51,809 nt of DNA from a virus (lineage: Duplodnaviria > Caudoviricetes). Below the pieces are notes generated by a model, which worked only from the letters and a program-made list of their open reading frames with translations, made no database searches and had not been told where the DNA came from. Both the position numbers and the translations under genes were made by a program. Location: positions 1-51,809 of the IMG/VR virus record IMGVR_UViG_3300025374_000001. The stretch is one strand, 5' to 3'. Below, in pieces: positions 1 through 7,376 of this stretch (its first letter is position 1; the number at the start of each line of letters is the position of its first letter).

Positions 1-120
1 GTACAGCATAATGTGTGGGGGAGAGTTGAAAGGAATATAATATAAAAAATATAATATTATATAATATTATATTTTTTATATTATATTCCTTTCAACTCTC
101 CCCCACACATTATGCTGTAC
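1..120. repeat. Left hairpin telomere (perfect 120-nt palindrome, axis 60/61)
   Basis: 1-60 is the exact reverse complement of 61-120; AT-only centre ATAATATTAT|ATAATATTAT; same sequence at the right end. Confidence 0.9.
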
Positions 121-127
121 ATTATAT

Positions 128-345
128 CGGCGAGTGTCGGCGTCACTATAGGGCGCCGTGTCGGCGTTATTATTATTATCTTCTGTACGCTGGCCCGGCG
201 TATCGAATATACGGCGTGACATGTGTCATATTATGTGCGCCGTGCGTCGCATTATTTTGTTCGGCGTGCGTCTTGTCTCTATGTATGTCGCGTCGGCGTG
301 TCGAATATACGGCGTGTCTCGAGACCAGTGTAGGTGCGCCGTGTT
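128..345. repeat. Subtelomeric CGGCG(TG) motif array
   Basis: About 11 CGGCG/CGCCG copies; CGGCGT(A/G)TCGAATATACGGCGTG at 196-218 and 294-316. Confidence 0.7.
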
Positions 346-408
346 AAAAATAGTCAGGTAAAAAGACAGGGAAAAAGGCGTAGATATAGACAGGAGAAAA
401 AAGTTGTA

Positions 409-705
409 TTATTCCTCAAACCGTGCGTTGTAATAGTTATATGCGTCGTCTATTAGATACGTAAATCGCGTCGGATAAAAGTCCCAACCTGTGATAACGT
501 AGTCCTCATTGTCGCTCTTTTTGTATATGTCTCTAATCAAGTCGGTTGCGTTGTTGAACATAATAACAGTTTGTCCGTCTTCAGACACGTACAACCACTT
601 GCCATATGCGTCGGTGTAAACCATATTACCGTCTAGATATAGGACCCCTTGTTTTAATATAGTCACAGGAGTAAACCGTATCTTACTATTCGCGACGTTT
701 TTCAT
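409..705 (-). CDS. Hypothetical protein (98 aa), ITR copy 1
   Basis: GGAGGTGG Shine-Dalgarno, ATGA overlap with upstream small ORF, T-rich tract downstream. Confidence 0.8.
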   Translation of the reverse strand: MKNVANSKIRFTPVTILKQGVLYLDGNMVYTDAYGKWLYVSEDGQTVIMFNNATDLIRDIYKKSDNEDYVITGWDFYPTRFTYLIDDAYNYYNARFEE

Positions 706-860
706 GGCACCACCTCCACGATTATCTCTTGATTAGTTGTTAGCATGTATTCAACGTATTGCCTAATCCATGTCATTGGCGCAAGAATTTCTATTCCGTC
801 GTGTTTCCTGGTTATGTACGCGCCGTTTTTTGAGATTTTTATGTACATAGGTGCTGTCAT
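702..860 (-). CDS. Small hypothetical protein (52 aa, MTAPMYIKISKNG...), ITR copy 1
   Basis: Hand translation; fills the gap between neighbouring genes, stop overlaps the next ATG; below ORF-track cutoff. Confidence 0.7.
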   Translation of the reverse strand: MTAPMYIKISKNGAYITRKHDGIEILAPMTWIRQYVEYMLTTNQEIIVEVVP

Positions 861-863
861 AGC

Positions 864-1148
864 CTAAGTTGTTGTCAACTCCGTGGCGTACTTGATTAAC
901 CTTATCGCCAATGCAATTGCCTCCGACGGTGTTAATGCTATGTCAACATAACCCTCACTGTCGCAATCTACTGGACCTATTGTCATGATTATTTCCTCTC
1001 CCTCCGTGTTCATGGTAAATCTGTCGTCGCGCAAGCTTTCGTATATGTACGTCGTCGTCTTGGGGTCCAGTTTTAGCATGTCCTTTATCGTTTGTATTAT
1101 TTGTTCCGTGGGGATTTTTTGGGGGATTTTGGTTGCCATGGTTGCCAT
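864..1148 (-). CDS. Hypothetical protein (94 aa; probable leaderless start at 1139), ITR copy 1
   Basis: BRE/TATA GCGAAAAGTTTTTAAA about 22 nt upstream of the second ATG. Confidence 0.8.
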   Translation of the reverse strand: MATMATKIPQKIPTEQIIQTIKDMLKLDPKTTTYIYESLRDDRFTMNTEGEEIIMTIGPVDCDSEGYVDIALTPSEAIALAIRLIKYATELTTT

Positions 1149-1210
1149 GGAAACACGGATTTAAAAACTTTTCGCTCCCATTGCTCTTGACGAACGTAAA
1201 GAACACGGCG
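1140..1210 (-). promoter_or_regulatory. Promoter cassette A (BRE-TATA plus conserved upstream element)
   Basis: CGCCGTG..GTCAAGAGCAA..GCGAAAAGTTTTTAAA; paralogous to 2917..2990. Confidence 0.75.
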
Positions 1211-1239
1211 AGGTCTTTTAAGCAGGGAATTAAAAAGCG

Positions 1240-1461
1240 TTATTTGTAATGCTGTCCCTCTTGTGGGCCCGTCGCGCGTTTTTCCTCTTTACGTTTAGCA
1301 ACTTCTTTTAAAATGTATATATAGAGAAAAAATAATGGATATAAAAGCATTAGGGCCGTGATAAACGCCTTTAGGGGCCTATCAGACAACGCAACTATTA
1401 TTGCGAATACAGTAATCGCAATTCCTGCTGCACCTAAAAAGGCGATTAATTCGATTAGCAT
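1240..1461 (-). CDS. Small membrane protein (2 predicted TM helices), ITR copy 1
   Basis: Two long hydrophobic segments and a basic C-terminal tail. Confidence 0.8.
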   Translation of the reverse strand: MLIELIAFLGAAGIAITVFAIIVALSDRPLKAFITALMLLYPLFFLYIYILKEVAKRKEEKRATGPQEGQHYK

Positions 1462-1477
1462 GGTGGTGCGCTCTATA

Positions 1478-2758
1478 CTATAGTCTATACGGCTCTATAC
1501 GCGATAATATAACTTTGTTGCGTTGCGACGCGTCGTGTCTATGCACGTCATTATGCGTTATTCTGATTACGTATTTGTCAGCAAACTTGACTTTACGTAT
1601 TCCGTGCTCTTTATGGTTAAACTCTATTACACTCTCTTGATTAACTATATAGGTATTAGGCACGACTATATAGAGTATCAGTGGGTCCAGCACTAGAGGC
1701 TTTATAGGTGGTGTATACGCCACGGATACAGGTATCACGTTTTTCAACGTGATGCGGTGGTTGCCAATTTGTCTAACCATGTCAAGAGACTCTAATTTGT
1801 CTAGTTGTCTGATTACGTCGTCTACTAGCATGCGCCTTTTTTCGTAAGCAAATTCTCCCATTGTGCGTATTATAGTATCACCGACCAAGTCTAAGTAATA
1901 TGCTCTTGAAATTATGTCTACTGTAATTTGTGTGTCTCCGTCGCGCATTTTTACCGTCGTCGTCGTGTTGTCGTCTACAACGTTGCTAGGAGACTCTATA
2001 GTAAAGTATTCACTTAACAATTTCACAATTCTTAACCTATTCCTCCGTGCATATTTGGACCACCTACTGCTGTCTGTGCCTCCAGGTATCACTATTTCAT
2101 AATGAGTGCTGTTGCCTTTTCTGACTTGATAAGATATACCATAATCATTTAGTAGAGCCGCGATTTTGTCAGCTATTAGATACTCCCTGTATTCCATTAT
2201 CTGTCTGTCAATTGCGCCAATGACATTAAAGTCATTGGGATACTTATGCACGACTATCTGTAAGTCTCCCTGGACTCTATATGTTGTAAAGTCAGCATTG
2301 CCTATATCCACGACGTATTCGTCGTCTAGAATATCCGTCGTGTATTCAAACACGCGCTCTCTAAAGAAACTCTCCTTTACGCGTATAATAAGTGAACCGT
2401 TTTCTGTTATTCGTGCATTTATCAGGTATCCCCCTATGTTTGCATAGTTGACTCTATTGATAAACAGTTTATTAACGTCGGTGTCAATTCCGACGACGTA
2501 ATATTTTTCATTATACTCCCTGTCTGTCATGTTTATCTTTAAGTATATATAATTGTCGGAGTAAACAACCTCTCTTACTCCCTTACGTTGCAACGCCACA
2601 TAACGCAGGTAATATTCGTCGTGGACAGGCAGGAAGTGCTCTTTAGCAAACATTTTGTGCGCCTTATAAGGCACCATGTCTCTTTTTGCTAGCATGTCAA
2701 CTAATACACTTATACGCATGTCCACGTCGGCTTTTTGTCTAGACGTCGTGACTAGCAT
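1478..2758 (-). CDS. Hypothetical protein (426 aa) with RxQGD...HxEH motifs, ITR copy 1
   Basis: Long ORF in operon; motifs YRVQGD, IGNH, HKEH. Confidence 0.85.
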   Translation of the reverse strand: MLVTTSRQKADVDMRISVLVDMLAKRDMVPYKAHKMFAKEHFLPVHDEYYLRYVALQRKGVREVVYSDNYIYLKINMTDREYNEKYYVVGIDTDVNKLFINRVNYANIGGYLINARITENGSLIIRVKESFFRERVFEYTTDILDDEYVVDIGNADFTTYRVQGDLQIVVHKYPNDFNVIGAIDRQIMEYREYLIADKIAALLNDYGISYQVRKGNSTHYEIVIPGGTDSSRWSKYARRNRLRIVKLLSEYFTIESPSNVVDDNTTTTVKMRDGDTQITVDIISRAYYLDLVGDTIIRTMGEFAYEKRRMLVDDVIRQLDKLESLDMVRQIGNHRITLKNVIPVSVAYTPPIKPLVLDPLILYIVVPNTYIVNQESVIEFNHKEHGIRKVKFADKYVIRITHNDVHRHDASQRNKVILSRIEPYRL

Positions 2759-2760
2759 AT

Positions 2761-2916
2761 TTAATCCGCGCGTTGTCTTCTTATTTCCTGCTCTTGTTGT
2801 GGCGCGTTGTTGACTATTTTAACGCGCGCGCCTTTTTCTAGTGCGTTTATGGAAAAAAGGGTTTCTTTTTGGGGGGCGTACGCCCCCATTGTTTGGTTTT
2901 TGTTTTTGGTTGCCAT
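2761..2916 (-). CDS. Small hypothetical protein (51 aa, MATKNKNQ...), ITR copy 1
   Basis: Hand translation; leaderless ATG after promoter cassette B, stop 2 nt before the next ATG. Confidence 0.65.
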   Translation of the reverse strand: MATKNKNQTMGAYAPQKETLFSINALEKGARVKIVNNAPQQEQEIRRQRAD

Positions 2917-2990
2917 GGTTGTAAGAATTTCCCATGTTTATAAAGCTTTCGCCCGCCGTTGCCCTTGACAAACATAAAACCATGGCGTGG
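2917..2990 (-). promoter_or_regulatory. Promoter cassette B
   Basis: CGCCATG..GTCAAGGGCAA..GCGAAAGCTTTATAAA; paralogous to cassette A. Confidence 0.75.
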
Positions 2991-3019
2991 TATCCCCCTT
3001 ATCTTGTCGCCGTTTTTTC

Positions 3020-3605
3020 CTCTTTACATGTGTCTTCCTCGAGGAAATAAGTATCCAGAGACAATTTGACAATGTATAAAGGGGCCATTGGAAAAAGGTA
3101 TAATACTGTCCTCCGTTGGAAAAGCATATGTAAAGGGGAGAGACACGGCGGGCCCCCTTTTTTTGTAATATTCTATTTATTATAGAAAAAAATAAGAATA
3201 TAAAAGAAAAATAGAAATATGTTAAGTGCTACATTCGACATGTGTAAAGCGTAGATTAGATATATATCGATACATATACGTCGTTGGAAAATTCTATGTA
3301 AAGGGGAGACGCGCGACATGCGTATCGCATATTTACTATAGCAAATACACGCGCGCCTTATACACCTTGACATATATTGAACGTCGCATTAGAGGCATGT
3401 AAACTCCGTATTCGATATATATCGCTACATATTCGGCTTTAGAATTTTCCATGTAAAGGGTGGTGTTTACAAAATGTGGAGGCACATAATGCGCGCCTTT
3501 TTCCTGCGCCGTGTTTTTGTGTAAACATTGTGCTTTACTAGTGTAAACACGTTAGGTGATACATAAAATATGTACCGCAATATGCGTTAGATACATGTAA
3601 AAAAT
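3020..3605. repeat. Iteron-like motif field 1 (TGTAAA/TTTACA, TGTAAAGGGGAGA)
   Basis: Non-coding; repeated motifs at about 3023, 3129, 3243, 3297, 3398, 3452, 3520, 3542, 3596. Confidence 0.6.
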
Positions 3606-3659
3606 AGGATTGATATATAGCATGCGAAAAATTTTTAAATAAGCAAAATCCTAATTGCC

Positions 3660-4031
3660 ATGGCAAAAACAACAACCCAAACAACGACGCAAATCCCCGA
3701 CGACGTGAGACAGTATATCCCCGAAATATTAGACGCGCTAAAACGCGCATTAGCGACAGGAGATTTTGAAATTACAATAGTATATGATAACGTGACAATT
3801 AAAATCCCCGACATAAAAGTCTACCTATACGATAACTTAATGCGCGTTATATATAAGGATATCCACATTATATACAGCAATTATTCCGCAACAGTAAAAG
3901 TGTATAAGGACCCATATGGCGACCCTGAAGTTTATCATGCACATGACTATTGGGTTCAATTAGACGAAATACATGGACTGGCTATAGAAAAAGTAAAGAG
4001 TCGGCTAGAAAAAATATTAAACCAGTTTTAA
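3660..4031 (+). CDS. Hypothetical protein (123 aa), ITR copy 1
   Basis: GCGAAAAATTTTTAAA promoter about 20 nt upstream, leaderless ATG, T-tract downstream. Confidence 0.85.
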   Translation: MAKTTTQTTTQIPDDVRQYIPEILDALKRALATGDFEITIVYDNVTIKIPDIKVYLYDNLMRVIYKDIHIIYSNYSATVKVYKDPYGDPEVYHAHDYWVQLDEIHGLAIEKVKSRLEKILNQF

Positions 4032-4044
4032 AAAGGACCTCTTT

Positions 4045-4590
4045 TTTCCTATTTACATATAAAGTTGTGGGTTTTTTCGTGTCCAGAGACAATATTATAA
4101 TTGTAAAAAAAGGGTGATTAGGGCAAGAAAAAAGGTGTTGATATAGACACGCAGATATATCGCACTCTACAATATGGTGCGCACTTTATCTCACCCTTTA
4201 CATATATGTTACTCGAGGAAATACGTATAAAGGCTAATGTTTATATTGTGTCGGAGAGGCCATTGATATATGTGCATGTGTAGTTGAATATGATGGCGAA
4301 GTGGGTTTATTGTGTGTAAAGGGGAGACGGTCGTGGGGACTGTGTTTTTTGCACTATTCTATTTATTATAGCAATTTGGGTCCCGACGTGGATTAAGGGG
4401 TCCCCCCTCTTTACATATGTAAAATGTTGGATAGGGTCCAGATTTTCCCACGTTTTTTGTGTAAATGTCTTGCCGTGGTTTTTGCAAATTCCTGCTTTTT
4501 GTATTGAAAATATTCCGTGGAGGCATGGCAAATTGTTGTTTTTTCCGTGTCCAGAGACCTCTTTGTTGTTGTAAAGAAGGGGAGACAAAA
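4045..4590. repeat. Iteron-like motif field 2
   Basis: TTTACATATGTAAA palindrome 4410-4423, TGTAAAGGGGAGAC 4315, GTCCAGAGAC 4081 and 4549, CTCGAGGAAATA 4212. Confidence 0.6.
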
Positions 4591-4919
4591 AGCATGGCCT
4601 TCTACGTGATGTCTTGAGACTTGACGCTGGCGATGGAAAGCCGGGTCCTCGACAGCTAGTCTTAAAGCTTGAGACATTTGAAACCATTATATAATATATG
4701 GGGCTGTGTCTGAAGGCCTTGTCCTTCGACTGCGACGCGACGCACCTCTTGGCAGGCGTGCGGGGCCTGGGTGCTGGACCTGCCCCTGTGTGCGTGCGCG
4801 CGCGTCTGGCGGGGGTCTCGCGACTGGCGGGTCGGTGGGCGCCAGGGCGGGTGGGGCGTGCACGCCAGGTGCCGGTCTTAAAGCTGGAGACAGCTGGAGA
4901 CGACATGTACGTATCAATA

Positions 4920-5040
4920 CTGCGCAGATGAGGATGAGCCCCCGGGGGCCCCCGACGGCCCCCTGCCCCGCCCACCCGCTTGGCGCTGGCGGGTCGGGCC
5001 TGGCAGGCAGAGGAACCCATCCGCCGGGACCGCGGTACTG
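4920..5040 (-). ncRNA. Candidate small structured RNA, ITR copy 1
   Basis: GC-rich long hairpin with G-U pairs on this strand, downstream of BRE-TATA GCGAAAAGCTTTTAAG (5075-5060); no credible ORF. Confidence 0.45.
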
Positions 5041-5307
5041 AGGTGGGAGGAGTCCCCAGCTTAAAAGCTTTTCGCCTGGCGTCGGGACGGGGCCGGGCGT
5101 GAGCCTGCGCGTCGCGCATGTCGCTGGCTGGCGCCTGGACCAGGCCCCCGCCCCTTGGTTGAGAAACGCGCATATTTTTAAGCTTTGGGTCGGTTTTGTG
5201 GGACGGCTGTTGCAGGTCTGCGTGTGTGGCGCTGTGCAGGAGGTTCGGCGGGGGCTTTTTCATTAAATTTAGTGGAAAGGCATAAAAGGCGGTGATATCT
5301 GCGTGTC

Positions 5308-6297
5308 GTGAAGGTTGCATGTCCGCGTTGCGGGAAACCTGGCTATCTGACTAAGGTAAGGGTCCGCGACAGATACTACATGAGAGTTGACCACCATGAA
5401 GGCGGGAGGAGGACCGCCTGCTATCTTGGCAGGGACGTCGAGGAGTTGCGACGTTACGTCGAGCAGTTGGCAGACGGAAGTAGCGCGTTTAAGGTGGTTA
5501 AGGTTCCCGGTAGCGACTTCCACATTGCAGACTTGTTGCACCCGAGGATCGAGAGACTGTGTCCCAAGAGGTGCACATTTGTCGAGGTATTCGGTGGTAG
5601 TGGCTACATGTCGCAGACGGTGAGTAGACAGAAGTTCGGCAACGTCGTCTACAACGACATAAACAACATGCTGGTCGCCCTTTACAGACACGTGAAGGAA
5701 AGCCCGGAGCGTCTGGCCTTCGTGGCGTCGCTCCTGCCCTACTCTCGCGTCTTCCATGGAATCATCAAGGAGCTGTTGCGGGAAGGCAAAGACCTTGCAC
5801 CGTTTGTGGTTGCAGCTCTGGCGTTTTATGCGCTTAATGCGTCGTTCTTCGGTACATACGACATGCGCGGTTTCGCCTACTCCGTCAACCCGCACAATAA
5901 CGAAGCCAGGGCGTATAGGTCGAGAGTCGCGTCTATACTGAAGTACGCTGAGAGGTGGAAGGACGTGGTGATAGAGAATTTGGACTTCAGAGACGTCATT
6001 AAGAAGTACGACTCCGAAAATACAGTGTTTTATCTCGACCCTCCGTTTGTCGGTCGCGACGCAGAAACCTACGACATTAAATTCACAGTAAGCGACCTGC
6101 GCGAAATGGCGCTGATACTGACTCAGATAAGAGGCGCATTTCTCCTCAAGCTGGACCGCGAGACGTACGAGCTGATAAGCGACGTGCTGACCAGAGACAG
6201 ATACGTCGTGGAGACGTTTGAGCGCACGTTGCATATGGGGAGAGTAAGAGACAGACGGAGAGACAAGTGGCTCCTCACGCTGGTGAGCTCCAGGTGA
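5308..6297 (+). CDS. Dam/D12-class N6-adenine DNA methyltransferase with N-terminal Zn-finger-like domain, ITR copy 1
   Basis: Motif I VEVFGGSG, YNDIN, IENLDF, catalytic YLDPPF; N-terminal CPRC..H..CYLG; GGCGGTGA SD before GTG start. Confidence 0.9.
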   Translation: MKVACPRCGKPGYLTKVRVRDRYYMRVDHHEGGRRTACYLGRDVEELRRYVEQLADGSSAFKVVKVPGSDFHIADLLHPRIERLCPKRCTFVEVFGGSGYMSQTVSRQKFGNVVYNDINNMLVALYRHVKESPERLAFVASLLPYSRVFHGIIKELLREGKDLAPFVVAALAFYALNASFFGTYDMRGFAYSVNPHNNEARAYRSRVASILKYAERWKDVVIENLDFRDVIKKYDSENTVFYLDPPFVGRDAETYDIKFTVSDLREMALILTQIRGAFLLKLDRETYELISDVLTRDRYVVETFERTLHMGRVRDRRRDKWLLTLVSSR

Positions 6298-6353
6298 CGC
6301 GCAACCGCTGGCTCCACAGGCCCCCGCCCCGGGGCTGAAAAACACGCATGTTT

Positions 6354-6809
6354 TTAGGGGGTGTGCGCGACGCAGGACAACGGCATCCACTGTATTCCGT
6401 TTCGCGCAACGTCTGGATACGCCAGCCTTATGCTGAGCAACAGCTTGCTGAGCGACAGAGACATACCGTAGGCGACTGCCAGTTTCATAAGGCGTGCGAC
6501 GTAGGGATCCCTTTCCTCGATCTTTCTGTACACCTCAGCGCCTCTCTCCATCAGCTGTCTAGATGCGACGTACGTCTTCACCCCTGCTACTTCATCTACC
6601 TCAGTGGAGAGGAGCCCCCCGCGTATGAGCTCCTCCACTGCCTGCTCCACCTCCTCGCTCCACGGCACAGCCCACCACGTCTCGAAGTATGTATTGACGA
6701 GCGACGTCTCCCTGTGTAGCATGTACATCACCGCCTGAAGTCTAGCAAGCCCCTCGACGCGACCGCCAGCGAGGTAGAACGCCATAGCGACCACGTCTTT
6801 TAAATTCAT
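6354..6809 (-). CDS. Panacea/DUF4065 (SocA/YwgA-like) domain protein, ITR copy 1
   Basis: True start MNLKDVV with TTAAATA upstream; pattern GRVEGxxRLQxxxY..F..PWSEEV..L..GLL..LL.SI..YP. Confidence 0.65.
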   Translation of the reverse strand: MNLKDVVAMAFYLAGGRVEGLARLQAVMYMLHRETSLVNTYFETWWAVPWSEEVEQAVEELIRGGLLSTEVDEVAGVKTYVASRQLMERGAEVYRKIEERDPYVARLMKLAVAYGMSLSLSKLLLSIRLAYPDVARNGIQWMPLSCVAHTP

Positions 6810-6942
6810 CGGCAACAGCTCCACCGAGGTATTTAAGCACATCTGCGTATATAAACATTCAGTTCGGCGTCTTCGCGCTCCACCGCAACCAGACAAAGAC
6901 GCGACGACAACTGTTATAAACACCTTCGTACAGATGAACATC

Positions 6943-7376
6943 GCCCCCCGGGGCCGCTGGCTAAGGGAAGAAAGAGGGCCGCCCCGAGCCCGCGAGGGCC
7001 ATGACGGGGGCACCCCCGGCGGGTTCCCCACAGATGCGGGCTGTGGGGGACAAGCCTGGCGGGGCGATACGCCCACCTGGCGTGCCCACCGCGGTCTCTG
7101 CGACCGCCGTGGGATGGGACCCACACCCAAGACGCCGGGACCGGGCCCCGCGCGGATCCACCTCGTCGGTGCCGTATGGGGCGCCGGGGGAGGGATCCGC
7201 GCCTTCCCCGCAGTCGCCGAATAGGGCGTCGCGGGGCCGGGGCGACAGACGGCCAAGGGCGGGGGCTGGTTGGCGGCGGGGTGCCGTCAGGCTGCCCGCC
7301 CCGTGAGGCGCGCCGGCCCGACTCTGCCCCAAGGCGGGGTGGGGCTAGAGCCCCCGACTGCCCACACGGCGGCTAG
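6943..7376 (+). ncRNA. Candidate large structured RNA with kink-turn, ITR copy 1
   Basis: Very GC-rich; at least 7 hairpins with G-U pairs on the + strand; K-turn 6981-7011; TTATAAA at 6914-6920; 5'/3' closing stem. Confidence 0.6.

Noticed and set aside
158-361. 67-aa ORF next to the telomere
   Set aside because: Overlaps the CGGCG repeat array; no promoter or coding-like composition.
3020-4690. Mini-CRISPR array or solitary repeat (also TTGAAAC at 4678 and GTTGAAAG in the telomere)
   Set aside because: No identical 24-37-nt repeats at regular spacing; matches are only 7-8 nt.
4686-4697. ATTATATAATAT identical to the telomere centre, as a relic internal telomere
   Set aside because: AT-only 12-mer without flanking similarity; plausible by chance or as a TATA element.
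4307-5320. 337-aa Pro/Arg-rich ORF and overlapping ORFs in 4359..5041 (and their mirrors)
   Set aside because: Low-complexity products of GC-rich, stop-poor DNA; no promoter or motif support.
5269-6390. 373-aa minus-strand ORF
   Set aside because: Antisense shadow of the methyltransferase.
6810-7376. N-terminal half of the 300-aa ORF 6354..7256 and other ORFs over the GC block
   Set aside because: Read-through of the structured GC region; the real gene starts at 6809 behind its own TATA box.
6943-7376. RNase P RNA, group I/II intron or TnpB omega-RNA identity for the large RNA
   Set aside because: No GAGGAAnnUCC/ACAGAA core, P7-like elements in the wrong order, no domain V, no tnpB; only short chance-level resemblances.
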